The notes below the pieces were generated by a model, which was not told where the DNA came from, searched no databases, and saw nothing but the letters and a program-made list of their open reading frames with translations. The translations under genes were made by a program, and so were the position numbers. This document shows, piece after piece, positions 1 to 10,904 of a stretch of DNA of 64,000 nucleotides. Location: positions 691-64,690 of IMG/VR virus record IMGVR_UViG_2814123430_000001. The stretch is one strand, 5' to 3'. Position 1 is the first letter of the stretch, and each line of letters opens with the position of its first letter. The DNA comes from a virus. Its lineage: Duplodnaviria; Caudoviricetes.

Positions 1-219
1 ATCATAAGGGATTGCGCTATATGGCGGGACGCCCTGAAATGTAAAAGTATTGGATGATAGCTGTGATTTGCCATCTGCATTCATTTTGCTTGATACGTAA
101 GAGGCTACAACAACGGCTGTTGTTTTATTAGCATAATCAATATTGATTACCGTTGGCACATGACAACTGCAGGTTGCGCCGGTGTAGTTATCCTCTACTT
201 GTTTTTCTATAAATTTCAT
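1..219 (-). CDS. Hypothetical phage protein, 3' end outside window (MKFIEKQVEDNYTGATCSCHVPT...)
   Basis: Translated by hand: ATG at 219, open to the window edge, directly downstream of the tail-tip genes. Confidence 0.7.
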   Translation of the reverse strand, partial: MKFIEKQVEDNYTGATCSCHVPTVINIDYANKTTAVVVASYVSSKMNADGKSQLSSNTFTFQGVPPYSAIPYD

Positions 220-235
220 TTTTAACCTTACCTTA

Positions 236-1105
236 TTAAACTTTAGGTTTTTCAATAATCATTATCGGATTTAAGACAGCACCAACATTTTCAGCGTACA
301 TTCTAGGCTCAAAATCCGTATTAATGCCAGGTGTAGCATAGCTTATACTTTCGAACAAAAAGCCCCCTGAAATAACGGCTGTAGAGTATGCTGCCGACGG
401 GTCATATCCAGTCCTGCGCATGAAACGAGTAAACTTTCGCACATACCCGACAGATACTAATTTATTTGGACCTACATTAATTTTCTTTCCTTCAATTGCC
501 AGGATGTCTCTTGGTAAATTACCATCACCAAGCCCAAGACATAACGTTCCTCGGCCATTCGGCCCACGAGGCTGTCCTCTAAATATTTCGGCGGTTACAT
601 TTATAGCGGTGTTTAGCCGAACAATACCCCACCCGCTATGATAAAGTAGCTTTCCAGAGGTGGAATAGATGTTTACCCCATACGGTTCTTGTCTTTTGTT
701 TGTTACCTGGTCTAGTGATTTAAAAACATAATAATTAGCGTTATAACTACTATTGTCTCCATCGGGTTTAAAAACAATTAAGTACCACCCATCAGGCCTA
801 TAAACTACTTGAGAGTCCGTGTATGTGCCAAAAAACACAACATCAGATATATTTATTCCGCCACCATTGCCTGTGCCGCCGCCAGTCCAGCCACCATAAA
901 TAGATGGTATATAACTGTGATCAACAAAAACAAAGGGATATTCCCATGGTGGTGATATTTTTATCTCTTTATAGTATCTGGCCGCGGGAGATTTTGTTTT
1001 AAACCTATCTGATATAGCGTTGTAACTAAGCATTTTCTCAAAGACTAACACCTGCTCTTCGCCAACAAACAGTGGTAGAGTATCAGAAAAAATACCATAA
1101 CTCAT
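236..1105 (-). CDS. Tail-tip associated protein downstream of J
   Basis: ORF; start moved to ATG 1105 (ATGA overlap with upstream stop); YG(I/V)xIYxxxGKLLY motif typical of proteins that follow J. Confidence 0.6.
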   Translation of the reverse strand: MSYGIFSDTLPLFVGEEQVLVFEKMLSYNAISDRFKTKSPAARYYKEIKISPPWEYPFVFVDHSYIPSIYGGWTGGGTGNGGGINISDVVFFGTYTDSQVVYRPDGWYLIVFKPDGDNSSYNANYYVFKSLDQVTNKRQEPYGVNIYSTSGKLLYHSGWGIVRLNTAINVTAEIFRGQPRGPNGRGTLCLGLGDGNLPRDILAIEGKKINVGPNKLVSVGYVRKFTRFMRRTGYDPSAAYSTAVISGGFLFESISYATPGINTDFEPRMYAENVGAVLNPIMIIEKPKV

Positions 1106-1473
1106 GCTACCTTTTCCCTCCATAGCAATATAGCCACAACACTTGCTTCGTAACACCAGACATCACTCACGTTTCTGGCTGTTTGCCATTGTACTCTTGG
1201 TGCATTTTCCCGCCCTTTTACGGGCAAAACATCAGCGCGAGCAACAACAATATCAATCTCACCTTGATTTCCCGGGCTCAGGAAATCAGACTTACCATAC
1301 TGCGTATCGCTGTACAGGAGTGTAAAAAACTGACGATACTTATCCCGCACGTCCAATGGTAGCTCAGGAGCAACATATTCACCCGCAGAGCCTACTGGAG
1401 TGGGGATGATTTTTACAAGCATGGCGACATCGGAATTGTCATTCTTGCCATCAATCCACAAACCGTAACTCAT
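1102..1473 (-). CDS. Small tail-tip associated protein
   Basis: 123-aa ORF coupled to the J stop; starts MSYGL like its neighbour. Confidence 0.6.
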   Translation of the reverse strand: MSYGLWIDGKNDNSDVAMLVKIIPTPVGSAGEYVAPELPLDVRDKYRQFFTLLYSDTQYGKSDFLSPGNQGEIDIVVARADVLPVKGRENAPRVQWQTARNVSDVWCYEASVVAILLWREKVA

Positions 1474-4400
1474 AATAGTCTTCCAATCTTAACCCTAACA
1501 ACGCCTCTTTCGTCATAAACAATTATCTGGTCGTTATTCATCACCAGACCACGGTTTTGATTACTCGCGCGCATCAAAAATGAGCCTGTCCGCCCAACTT
1601 TAAGCACACCGTCTTTCCCGCTTATATCAATCTCTCCACCGATAAAGCGACTACCCAACACATCACCTTTAACAGCAATATTGCCGCTTAGCGCAGTATT
1701 GCCATCTGCGATTGTAAAAACATTTTGAACTGTGCCGTCAGCAGCATTTTTGACAACTCCAAACTTATCAGCCATCACAATCACAGAGCTTTCAGCGGTT
1801 TTGCCATCACTTGACGCGCCAAGGGCAATTCCCGCAATTGCGGTACGACCACCACCGACCACTTGCGTTTTAATGGTGTGCGTTGCCGACAACTTGTTAT
1901 TAACGCCTGCAACCGTGCGGCTCACTACATCAATCTCCGCTTTGCTTTGGGCCACTGCGTCCGTTTTTGCTTTATCTGCTTTGGCTTGCGCGTCTGCTTG
2001 CCATGTGGCGCGCAAACTTTGTTGAGCAATGCTGGCAACCTCGGACTTGTCCGCTTTGGCAGTGCGGATATTTGCGATTGAGCCTTCCGCGTTAGCCACC
2101 CTGCCCGCTAGCGCTTGTCTAGCTTGAGCTTCCGCCTTATCTCCGTCCGCTCGTGCTTTTTGTTCAGCGGTTATGCCGGATAATGCAGATTCCGCTTTGG
2201 CCGTTGCAGTTGTAATGCGTTGCGCTTGTTGCTCATCAACTGTTTTAAGCTCGCTGATTTGCGTTCCGCGCGTCACCGCTTCCTGTTGGATTTGCGCAAT
2301 AGCTCTTTCCGCAATATCTTTCGCCGCTTCCGCCGCTTCGGATTTACCGCTGATCTCATTGATTAACTCTTGCGTCAATGCGCTTTTGTTAATCTGTCCG
2401 TGGATATAATCAACAATCTTTGTTGCATCGCGCTCTGTTACGCCCTCGACCGCATCCGTAAATTTCCCCGCAACATCTTTACTCACCATGCGCGCCCAAA
2501 AATAGTACGTTTCAGCAGCACCCAAGCCGGTGTAACTGTAACTATTGGTCGGGTATGCGAGAGTGACAAGTTTCCGAGCATGTTGGAAATTGTCGTCTTG
2601 ACTAACCCAGATTTCGATTGCGGCATTCGTGTTCGCAAAAATCGGGTTACGCCAGTTAAGATCGATCCCCATCACCTTACTTACAGTGACAAGCTCTTTA
2701 ATATCAAAATTGATACTAAAGCTCTTTGTAATCGGTTCAGACAGTTGCCCGGCAAGGTTTTTCGCGCGAATTTCGGCGATATAGTCGCCGTCTGGCAAGT
2801 CGCTAAACGCGATAGACGGCTGATCCAAATCGTCGTAAACGTTAAATAAATTACTGTTACGATAGAGTTTTACTTGATATTTAAGACCTTGACCGACAAA
2901 GTTTGCCGGCGGCTTAAAACTCAATGAGATTCCGCTGCCGTCCGCGTTTACTTCGGCGTCGCTTACTGCCGACACCCCGGCTTGATGTAACGTTGTATTA
3001 CGAGACTCAAAACTTGCCGAGTTATCAACAATCGCTTGTTTTTGCGGCTCATGTTGTAACGCCGTGATCGTATAATTGCCGTCGTTTTCAGAGATGCCGA
3101 TAGCACGGTATAATTCCGTGCGCACTAACGGCGTTTGTAGTGCCCAGTTGTCGTCAGGGTTTAAGTTTTCCGGTACGCTCTCCAAATTAACAACATTTCC
3201 AGCGACACTTAGGATTTTAACCCGTTCTGTGCGCTGTCCGTTGTTATCTCTCACAACGTAGGAAAGATAGCTGTCTCCCTCAATTTTGATTTTGCGGTCT
3301 AATTCGACCGCACTTCGATTAATTGCTATAACGCGCCCGCCTAGGTTTGTTTTAGCCCAACTATTGTCCGCAACTTCGATTATATCGCCTGGCAAGTGGT
3401 GTAACCCCTCGCGCCCAACGGTAAATGTAATGGTGCATTGCTCTAATTTAGATGTGACAAGCACCCATTTCCCGTAGCGGCGCGCCTGTCCGCGTGATGT
3501 ACAGGCAAACGCAGTGATTTTTTTAACGTTGTAGCCGTAACGAGCCACCATCTCATCATCAACAACATACTCAATAGCTTTTTGATACATGTTGTTTTTG
3601 TCGGCATACTCTACCTCAACAGCGGTGTAAATGGATTTCAGCGGGACATATTGACGAGCAAATTTACCGTCGATTACGTTTGCTTGAGAGTAAGTACACA
3701 CCGGATCGGTTGGGCGATCTTGGATTGCCAGCATCTGCATTCCATTCCAGGCTACAATAGCACGGAAAACGGATGACATATCGTTTAATACTTCATACGC
3801 CGATCGCTGTTCAGTGATCCAAATACCAGCCGTCATACGAGGTTCTTTGCCTCCATAGCCGTCAGGTACAAGCTCGTCACAATACTGCGCAATTTGATAA
3901 AGCTGGAATTTATTAAGCCCGTACTCGCTGATTCTTTTACCGATCCCTACATCGGGATTGGTTGCTAAATCGTAAAAAATCCAAGCTGGGTTTTCCGTCC
4001 ATGCTTTTTTAAAGTCGCCGCGCCAAATGCCTGGCGCATAAGTGCGTGTTTCAGGATCGTAAGTGGACGGCACGCTGATAATACGGCCATCCAGAAGCGA
4101 ATTTACATTTGGGAAATTAGGGGTGTGTCGTGAGTCGGTTTTAATGCCGATCATTGCAATGTTTGGATATGACAGTTTTGCGTCGATAATCTCCGTGTAA
4201 CTACTCCAAACGATAGCATTTTGTAAGCGTTGGCTTTTTGAGTCCGCTGTAACCCGTCTAACGGTGACATTAAACGGCTTAGGGGGTAACTCATCGATAA
4301 TGTAACTGCGGTAAAAACGGGAGGATGATTTGCCGTTGATGGAGTAACTTTTGTAAAGATTACCGTTTATTAAAATTTCAAACTCTACAGACGCTCCGTT

Positions 4401-4817
4401 TGTGTCACCTTGATCATTTTGGCTAAATAATGCATTAACACCAATTGTCACACGTAATCGATCAACATCAGGATCGATAATTGAACGAGTGATTGGGAGT
4501 TCTTTTTTTACTTCAATACCAATAGGCACTTCACGCTGGCTGCTATCAAACCCGGTCATTGGTAACTGATCTTGAGTTCCTAGCGTGTACTGGATTTCCA
4601 TGTTTGTAAAATTAAAACTATCTACGTCATTATCATCCTTACCGCTCGCGTTTTGGATTGGTGTATTGTCTAAATAAGTTGATTTCCACTTATTCACCGG
4701 CCCCTTGATTGGTCCGAGTGATATAATTCCAATTGCGCTTAATCGCTGTGATGATAGCAAAGAATCCGGCGCTTCTACCGGAGTATGTCCGCCGACGCCA
4801 CCTTTTTTACCGCCCAT
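1470..4817 (-). CDS. Central tail fibre / host-specificity protein, lambda J-like
   Basis: About 1115 aa starting MGGKKGG; J-like motifs (WTENPAWIFYD, ACTSRGQARR), Fn3-like region and C-terminal coiled coil; position after I. Confidence 0.92.
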   Translation of the reverse strand: MGGKKGGVGGHTPVEAPDSLLSSQRLSAIGIISLGPIKGPVNKWKSTYLDNTPIQNASGKDDNDVDSFNFTNMEIQYTLGTQDQLPMTGFDSSQREVPIGIEVKKELPITRSIIDPDVDRLRVTIGVNALFSQNDQGDTNGASVEFEILINGNLYKSYSINGKSSSRFYRSYIIDELPPKPFNVTVRRVTADSKSQRLQNAIVWSSYTEIIDAKLSYPNIAMIGIKTDSRHTPNFPNVNSLLDGRIISVPSTYDPETRTYAPGIWRGDFKKAWTENPAWIFYDLATNPDVGIGKRISEYGLNKFQLYQIAQYCDELVPDGYGGKEPRMTAGIWITEQRSAYEVLNDMSSVFRAIVAWNGMQMLAIQDRPTDPVCTYSQANVIDGKFARQYVPLKSIYTAVEVEYADKNNMYQKAIEYVVDDEMVARYGYNVKKITAFACTSRGQARRYGKWVLVTSKLEQCTITFTVGREGLHHLPGDIIEVADNSWAKTNLGGRVIAINRSAVELDRKIKIEGDSYLSYVVRDNNGQRTERVKILSVAGNVVNLESVPENLNPDDNWALQTPLVRTELYRAIGISENDGNYTITALQHEPQKQAIVDNSASFESRNTTLHQAGVSAVSDAEVNADGSGISLSFKPPANFVGQGLKYQVKLYRNSNLFNVYDDLDQPSIAFSDLPDGDYIAEIRAKNLAGQLSEPITKSFSINFDIKELVTVSKVMGIDLNWRNPIFANTNAAIEIWVSQDDNFQHARKLVTLAYPTNSYSYTGLGAAETYYFWARMVSKDVAGKFTDAVEGVTERDATKIVDYIHGQINKSALTQELINEISGKSEAAEAAKDIAERAIAQIQQEAVTRGTQISELKTVDEQQAQRITTATAKAESALSGITAEQKARADGDKAEAQARQALAGRVANAEGSIANIRTAKADKSEVASIAQQSLRATWQADAQAKADKAKTDAVAQSKAEIDVVSRTVAGVNNKLSATHTIKTQVVGGGRTAIAGIALGASSDGKTAESSVIVMADKFGVVKNAADGTVQNVFTIADGNTALSGNIAVKGDVLGSRFIGGEIDISGKDGVLKVGRTGSFLMRASNQNRGLVMNNDQIIVYDERGVVRVKIGRLL

Positions 4818-4830
4818 ATTTACCCCAATA

Positions 4831-4856
4831 AAAAAACCGCACATAAAAGTGCGGTC
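4831..4856. terminator. Hairpin terminator built from uptake-sequence arms
   Basis: AAAAAACCGCAC-ATAAAA-GTGCGGT inverted repeat between I and J. Confidence 0.6.
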
Positions 4857-4858
4857 TG

Positions 4859-5524
4859 TTAATTACGTTTTAATTTTCTTCTTTTGCCAGTCCCACCAGT
4901 TTGCGTGTTATCGGACTCAGGTGCATCGTCGTACGCTTCGGCGCCTTGCGATACTAAAACAAGACTTGTCATCATACGCCCGTAAAGTAACGGTATAGGT
5001 CGCCCTTGTGGGGTTAGATTTTTAAGATTACTAAATGATGTACTTTGATTTTTCTCGCCCTCTTTTATTTTCTGATCACCCATACTTGGCGTAGGTGTCA
5101 AAAGCGATATTGCACCACTAACGATTAGTGATGCACCAACGGTGAATGCCATTGTGGCACCTGCAAAACCCTGCGCCCCCAAATAAGACCAACCGGCAGC
5201 ACCACCAGCATACCAAGACGCAGCAATCAGTACTACACCAACTATTATTTGGCCAATTCCAACCCCTTTTCCGGCGCCAGCAATTACCGGGGTAAAATGG
5301 ATAGTGCAATCAGCCTTAAAGTCTATGTCGGCTTTAACTTGACTTTCCTCAAGATAAGTGTTTTTCCCGATTCTAACTTTATAGCAACCTTTTTTGAGAT
5401 GCTCGCGCAATCCCTTAATTTGGGTTAAAAGCCCGCTCATTAACTCAGAAAAAGAATCAACCTCAAGTTCTACCGGCTCATGCACAAATCGTTTAAGATC
5501 GCCGTAAAATTTAACTTGTACCAT
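4859..5524 (-). CDS. Tail assembly protein, lambda I-like
   Basis: Ubiquitin-like N-terminus (VKFYGDL...IHFTPVIAGAG), hydrophobic Gly-rich stretch, TPQGRPIPLLYG motif. Confidence 0.9.
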   Translation of the reverse strand: MVQVKFYGDLKRFVHEPVELEVDSFSELMSGLLTQIKGLREHLKKGCYKVRIGKNTYLEESQVKADIDFKADCTIHFTPVIAGAGKGVGIGQIIVGVVLIAASWYAGGAAGWSYLGAQGFAGATMAFTVGASLIVSGAISLLTPTPSMGDQKIKEGEKNQSTSFSNLKNLTPQGRPIPLLYGRMMTSLVLVSQGAEAYDDAPESDNTQTGGTGKRRKLKRN

Positions 5525-6228
5525 TCTTTGTGTCTCCAAACAGAGTGTGTGTTATTAAGCCAAAAACCATCATAAGGCACGCGAGCAGATAGCCTATCTT
5601 GACTATGATGTAACATCATTTGATTGCCAAGATACACCCCGGCATGATTCGCCACTTTACTGCCGACTTGAATTAAGACAACATCGCCGATCTGTATATC
5701 TGCTTCATGCATCACCCTGTAAAAACCACACCGTAATAGCCCATCTTCATAAAGATTCTCTGTTTCAAACCACTCAAACGGATACTTTGAGTTGTCCGGC
5801 AGATCAATCCCTGCAAGCATATAACTGTCTAATACGATATTCCGGCAGTCTTGTTTGTTGTTTTCAAACTGCCGCCCGATTAATGGCGGGACATTGCGAA
5901 AACACTTAATGTCACCGTCAACCACGAGCCAAAAATCCAAACCTAATCGCACTTGGCAGGCGCGATCTGATGCAGATAAATAAGGCAATCCGAACATATA
6001 GTCGCTGTCTGGGTGGGAGTGCACCAGCACAACAATCTCGCCTTGCTCTTCGGCTCTGATAAATTCTTCCGGTGCAATTTCGAAAAAATTTACCGGATCG
6101 GAAGCAACATTAGTACACGGGTAATAATACAAATCCCCACGCACAGATAAAACAAACCCGCAAGATTCCTGCGGGTGACATCTCGTGGCATGGGCTAATA
6201 TTGCCTGTTTCAACTCAAAATCAATCAT
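5470..6228 (-). CDS. Tail assembly protein, lambda K-like (JAB + NlpC/P60)
   Basis: HSHP...SASD JAB motif, then DCR...NHAGVYLG...LHH; start at MIDFELK. Confidence 0.9.
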   Translation of the reverse strand: MIDFELKQAILAHATRCHPQESCGFVLSVRGDLYYYPCTNVASDPVNFFEIAPEEFIRAEEQGEIVVLVHSHPDSDYMFGLPYLSASDRACQVRLGLDFWLVVDGDIKCFRNVPPLIGRQFENNKQDCRNIVLDSYMLAGIDLPDNSKYPFEWFETENLYEDGLLRCGFYRVMHEADIQIGDVVLIQVGSKVANHAGVYLGNQMMLHHSQDRLSARVPYDGFWLNNTHSVWRHKEWYKLNFTAILNDLCMSR

Positions 6229-6229
6229 A

Positions 6230-6964
6230 TTAATTACCAAATTGTGTTGTGCTCGGGAAACCACCGAACGGCAATACCGCATTTTTTCCCCAGCGTAATT
6301 TACACCCGCGCAAACAGTGTGAGCATTTATCTTTTTTAGGATCTGTGGTCGGCTTGTCGTATTCGTCCGCCACCGGTCCGCCCGTGTAACCGCACTGAGA
6401 AGATCTATATTGCCAAATACAAGTATCAGATGTAATCATCAATAGAGGAATTCGTGCGCCGTCAGTCTCAATCGGCAATGCCAGCTCGAATGTTGCCGTA
6501 ACATCATCAAGAGATTTTAACTGTTCGATAACATACAAACTCACCGCTTCCTGCATCGGGTCGGCGTTTGGGTTACCTCCGTCAAAATTTACCGAGTCTA
6601 AAAACTTCGCGTAAACCTGACGTCGTACGACTTTACCGCCAATCCCATGCCCAAAATCCGCAACAATACCCGTTACCAACCCATAAAGATTGGATAGCGT
6701 AAGTGTAGGACGATTACTTGGCCCACTGCTTGATAACTCAAAGCCCTCAGCATTTATTGGGTATGCGACGTATTCATTACCTTGCCAGATAAGGTTTTTG
6801 CCCCCCTGCGTTAATCCGTTATGAAAACGGTATATTTCGCCTTTTTTATCGGGCGAGCTATTAGATGGGATTTTACTTAAATCAATTTCCCATAATTCAA
6901 TCAGTGCGCCTTGCTCGAGTTTGGATAATTCCGACAACATTTTATTCGGAGTATCTTTTGGCAT
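6230..6964 (-). CDS. Minor tail protein, lambda L-like
   Basis: YRFHNG...WQGNEY and C-terminal Cys cluster (CIWQYRSSQCGY...CSHCLRGC...FGGFP). Confidence 0.92.
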   Translation of the reverse strand: MPKDTPNKMLSELSKLEQGALIELWEIDLSKIPSNSSPDKKGEIYRFHNGLTQGGKNLIWQGNEYVAYPINAEGFELSSSGPSNRPTLTLSNLYGLVTGIVADFGHGIGGKVVRRQVYAKFLDSVNFDGGNPNADPMQEAVSLYVIEQLKSLDDVTATFELALPIETDGARIPLLMITSDTCIWQYRSSQCGYTGGPVADEYDKPTTDPKKDKCSHCLRGCKLRWGKNAVLPFGGFPSTTQFGN

Positions 6965-7296
6965 TACATCACCTCTTCAAAAGTGCAGCTAATTTCGGTG
7001 TATTTTTTATCTACAGTTTTAGACCATTTAGGACAAACCGCCTTGATTAATGCACCGCCCTCATACTCTTTAAATAAAAACGGAGTTACCCCGCTATGCT
7101 CCATAAAAAAGCGGTCTAATTCGACCGCACTTTTATGATTGAGCTTGTAAGTCAGGCTAAATTTACGCAATAGCGGATTCAACCCGTCAACCATCCGCTG
7201 TTCGTAGCCGTCGCCGAATTTATTGACTTTCCGGCGCGGCTCGCTTTCAACTGTGTACCCGGGTTTCGGGCAAAAATTAATTTTTCTCAATGCCAC
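6964..7296 (-). CDS. Minor tail protein, lambda M-like (distal tail)
   Basis: FGDGYEQR..DGLN motif; position between H and L. Confidence 0.9.
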   Translation of the reverse strand: MALRKINFCPKPGYTVESEPRRKVNKFGDGYEQRMVDGLNPLLRKFSLTYKLNHKSAVELDRFFMEHSGVTPFLFKEYEGGALIKAVCPKWSKTVDKKYTEISCTFEEVM

Positions 7297-7305
7297 AATT
7301 TACCT

Positions 7306-10300
7306 CTAATTCAAAAGCCCGCCATCGCGTCCGCGTTGCTTGCGCATTACTTCCAGCACTTTTACCGTGATTGCGTCGGATAACGCTTTACTTTGCGCGA
7401 TCTGTTGCTCTACCGTTACATCCTCTTTGCCATCTTTAGCAATATTGATTGTGATACTGATCTCATTATGATCACCCTCACCACCATTGCTGCTAATTCC
7501 TGGATAACTCGGCGAGCCACCACCGCCAACGCGCCCGCCGTTGGCGAATCTCGGCAATCGGCGTTGATTTAACGCATTCATAAACGCCAGCCCGTAGTGA
7601 TCCACGGTGCGGGAGGTCATCACAAACTCGTTATTGGATAACCAAGCAGGGATTGAGTCGCTTGTACCCGTTCCCGGTCCTTGTACATGTCCGCCGGTAG
7701 CAAACGCCGCAACGCTGGTAATTTGTGAGATTAAGTTAACCCCGGCACTCGCCACGGCTGCCATGTTCGCAAATTTTTGCGCAGGTGTAAGTGCAGACGG
7801 ATCAGCCATTGCTTGCGCTATGGCTTGAGACAGTTTTACCGTTGCTTCGGCAATCGCAAACGCCTTTGAGATAGCAAACATCGCTTTATACGCGGCGGAT
7901 TGTTTGCCGGCGGATTGTTCCACCATCGATGCCAGCCCATCAAACGCACTTCCGAGGTCGTTTAGCCCAGTAGCATAGTTCGCTATATCCCGTTGAAATT
8001 CATCGTTTTTATATTTATCAATGATTTCCTGTCGGCGTCGCTGAAACTCCTCCTCGGTAATAAGTTTTTGCTCATTAAAAGCTTGGAGTTGTGCCAATTC
8101 CTGCGCTTGTTTGTTTTTAAGTTCTTGTGTTGGGTCGTAAATTGCCAGCACTTGATCTTGAGGACTTACGGCGTTTTGTGATACTTGTTGCGCGTACTCA
8201 AATTTTGCTTTGAGTTGCGCATTGTCGCTTTCGCCCTTCGTCAGTTGCCCGGCGGCGTAAAGCTCTTGGATTGCTGTAAGTTCATCTTTTAATTCGGACT
8301 TTAACAGCTTATTCGGTGCATACTTGCCGGATAATTCCAATCGTTGTTTTTCAAAACGTTCGGTAATAGCGGTTTTTGCGATCTCGTACTCTTGATGAGA
8401 TACTACGCCTTTTTTCAGATGTTCGTTTAAGCGGCGCATCATCTGATCTTGCTCGAGATTAATCTCATTCAGCGATGATGTGCTTTTTTTACGGATCTCG
8501 TCGTAAAAATTCAGCCAGCTATCGCGGGCCCGCTCGCTCTTCCCGCCACTGCCTTTTGTTTTTTTAGACCCCAACGCATTGTAAAAAGAGTCGGCCACGG
8601 CGGAAAAATCCGTGCTATTAGGATCAAACCCACTATTAATAGCCTGATCTTCCGCCTCCAGTCGACGTTTCTTTTTCGGGTCTTTTTCTCGATTAATCGC
8701 AATTTGGCGATTATTACGATCAATAATCTTTTGCGCTTTATCGCTCAATGCGTTTTTAACAGATAACCCTAGAGCATCAAAGTTGCTAGCTACGATAAGC
8801 GCCATTGCCCCCATACGCTGTACAGTGCTTGATATGCTATTAGCACCACTTTCTGCATTAGGGACTAAACGGTTAAAATCCTCAACAGATAGCCCTAATT
8901 TATCAATATTAATTTTTGATAAATCAACTGTTGGCAATAACTCTTTTAGTTTGGTGTTAAATTCGGCGATAGATTTTCCAGAATCAATTGTGAGTAAATC
9001 GCGTTCTGATTTTTCAAGTTTCTCATTCGCTTCCGCTAACTCACCTTTTTTGATCGACAAGTCTCCAATTAACTTTTTGTATCTCTCGATTGCGTGTTGA
9101 TTATTTTGCAATCCCTGTGAGTTCATTCCATCAATTTGGATTTTAACTTGTTGTTCGAGCTTGTTTGTTTCTGCTTTCAGCTCTGTAATAACAGCTTTTT
9201 GCGTCTCAATAGATCGCTCAAGTTTGGTGCGCATTGATGACAGCATATCTGCCGTAACGGTGCGTAATGAGTCGCTTGTAATATCCAACGAATCAGCAAA
9301 GGCTAAAGATTCCTGTTTTGCCTGCTCCGTTTTTTGGCGATATTCAATCAGAGCGCCAGCAGCAGCGGTTAGTCCGATTGTTACTAATCCAATCGGGCCG
9401 CCAACGAAACCAAGAGCATTACTAAACAATCTTCCACCAGCGGTAGCACGTTTTGTTACAAGATCAAGATTGCGCCGTGCATTAGATTCAGCCATGATTG
9501 CTGCCGTCAATTTTCGGGATTGCACTTCGGCTTGTTGTTGTATTGCTAACAGTTCCGATTCGGTGCGTGTGTGGGTGAGTTTGATTTGGATTAAACTCAT
9601 TTCCGCCTGGGCTTGTTCGCGTAGCGCGGCAGTTTTTACATTTTCCGCACGAGCAACATTAATTGCCAATGCGGCTTGCTCGTTACCGGCAGCAATAAAT
9701 GCGCGTAACTTGTTTATACTCAAGACGGCAGCAAATCCACCAAGCGCACTTGTCGCAACGGTTAAATGATCCGCCATGCCGCTGATTACCGTAGCAAATC
9801 CCTGACTTGCGCCGGTGGCTTGATCTAACTCACCAATCCATTTTGTAGTGGATGTGCGTAAGTTTTCGAATGCCATGCTAATTGTAACGACACGTGTATT
9901 AAATTGCTCGTCAACACTGCCTTTTACACGCTCAAGAGCAGGGATAATAACATCCGTTGTGAGCTTACCGGCATTAGCCATGTTACGCAGCTCACCAACT
10001 GATACACCAAGCCCTTTAGCTATTGCTTGTGCAAGCCCAGGAGTTTGTTCCATCACTGAGTTAAATTCCTGCCCGCGGAAAACGCCACTTGCCAAGGATT
10101 GCCCAAACTGCATTAAGGCCGCTTGTGCTGATGCCGCACTTGCACCGGAGATAGCAACCGCTTTAGATACTGTTTCGGTCAGGCTTGCGACACGCGCTTG
10201 ATTAATCCCCAATGCCTGCGCATTTTGCGCAAAACGTTGATAAATGCTTGATGTCGCCTCTAAGCTCTGGTTGGTCTTTAATGATATATCAAAGAGTGAC

Positions 10301-10599
10301 TGTAACCCGCGCTGGCTGCTAAATGATGCACTTTCCACCAGTGCTAACTTGTTTTTTACCTCGGTATAGCCATCAACATAGTTTTTTAATGTGCCAAGAC
10401 CAACACTAGCCACCGAAAAATTAAACAATCGATAATTGATTTTTTCTATCGAGTTAGCGGCATTTTCGATGTTCTTCAAATATTGGGTTGTACGAATTGA
10501 AAAACTTTTAGCGCGAGCCTCTGCGACATTTAAGCCACTTCTAAATTTTGCATCGTCAACGCCTAGGCGGACTAATAAATCAGATACCGTAGATGCCAT
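7306..10599 (-). CDS. Tape measure protein (lambdoid)
   Basis: 1097 aa, Ala-rich; tape-measure N-domain (QFGQSLASGVFRGQEFNSV); C-terminal GPGTGTSDSIPAWLSNNEFV motif. Confidence 0.93.
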   Translation of the reverse strand: MASTVSDLLVRLGVDDAKFRSGLNVAEARAKSFSIRTTQYLKNIENAANSIEKINYRLFNFSVASVGLGTLKNYVDGYTEVKNKLALVESASFSSQRGLQSLFDISLKTNQSLEATSSIYQRFAQNAQALGINQARVASLTETVSKAVAISGASAASAQAALMQFGQSLASGVFRGQEFNSVMEQTPGLAQAIAKGLGVSVGELRNMANAGKLTTDVIIPALERVKGSVDEQFNTRVVTISMAFENLRTSTTKWIGELDQATGASQGFATVISGMADHLTVATSALGGFAAVLSINKLRAFIAAGNEQAALAINVARAENVKTAALREQAQAEMSLIQIKLTHTRTESELLAIQQQAEVQSRKLTAAIMAESNARRNLDLVTKRATAGGRLFSNALGFVGGPIGLVTIGLTAAAGALIEYRQKTEQAKQESLAFADSLDITSDSLRTVTADMLSSMRTKLERSIETQKAVITELKAETNKLEQQVKIQIDGMNSQGLQNNQHAIERYKKLIGDLSIKKGELAEANEKLEKSERDLLTIDSGKSIAEFNTKLKELLPTVDLSKINIDKLGLSVEDFNRLVPNAESGANSISSTVQRMGAMALIVASNFDALGLSVKNALSDKAQKIIDRNNRQIAINREKDPKKKRRLEAEDQAINSGFDPNSTDFSAVADSFYNALGSKKTKGSGGKSERARDSWLNFYDEIRKKSTSSLNEINLEQDQMMRRLNEHLKKGVVSHQEYEIAKTAITERFEKQRLELSGKYAPNKLLKSELKDELTAIQELYAAGQLTKGESDNAQLKAKFEYAQQVSQNAVSPQDQVLAIYDPTQELKNKQAQELAQLQAFNEQKLITEEEFQRRRQEIIDKYKNDEFQRDIANYATGLNDLGSAFDGLASMVEQSAGKQSAAYKAMFAISKAFAIAEATVKLSQAIAQAMADPSALTPAQKFANMAAVASAGVNLISQITSVAAFATGGHVQGPGTGTSDSIPAWLSNNEFVMTSRTVDHYGLAFMNALNQRRLPRFANGGRVGGGGSPSYPGISSNGGEGDHNEISITINIAKDGKEDVTVEQQIAQSKALSDAITVKVLEVMRKQRGRDGGLLN

Positions 10600-10616
10600 T
10601 TTGTAAATTTATCCCA

Positions 10617-10645
10617 TAAAAAAAGCCCGCCAAAAGGCGAGCTTT
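10617..10645 (-). terminator. Intrinsic terminator upstream of tape measure gene
   Basis: AGCTCGCC-TTTT-GGCGGGCT followed by T7 on minus strand. Confidence 0.8.
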
Positions 10646-10661
10646 GTTGAATTAAATCCGA

Positions 10662-10871
10662 CTAATATGTATTACCAAATAGTCTATCTATTTTTTGCTG
10701 CTTTGTCAGTTTGCTATCAAAGATAATACGCAAACACCAAGCAATGAGCGTAATCATGACAACGCAAAATACATAAACACCCCAAGGTTTAGTAAATAAA
10801 AACAATGGAGTTAAGCATACTGTCAAAAATAATAATATTTTTACAATGAATGATATAAATCTTACAGTCAT
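10662..10871 (-). CDS. Small two-TM membrane protein (moron)
   Basis: About 69 aa, two hydrophobic segments, AAGGAG SD, own promoter and terminator, AT-rich. Confidence 0.7.
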   Translation of the reverse strand: MTVRFISFIVKILLFLTVCLTPLFLFTKPWGVYVFCVVMITLIAWCLRIIFDSKLTKQQKIDRLFGNTY

Positions 10872-10904
10872 AATTATCACTCCTTACTAATTAAGTATGA
10901 GTAG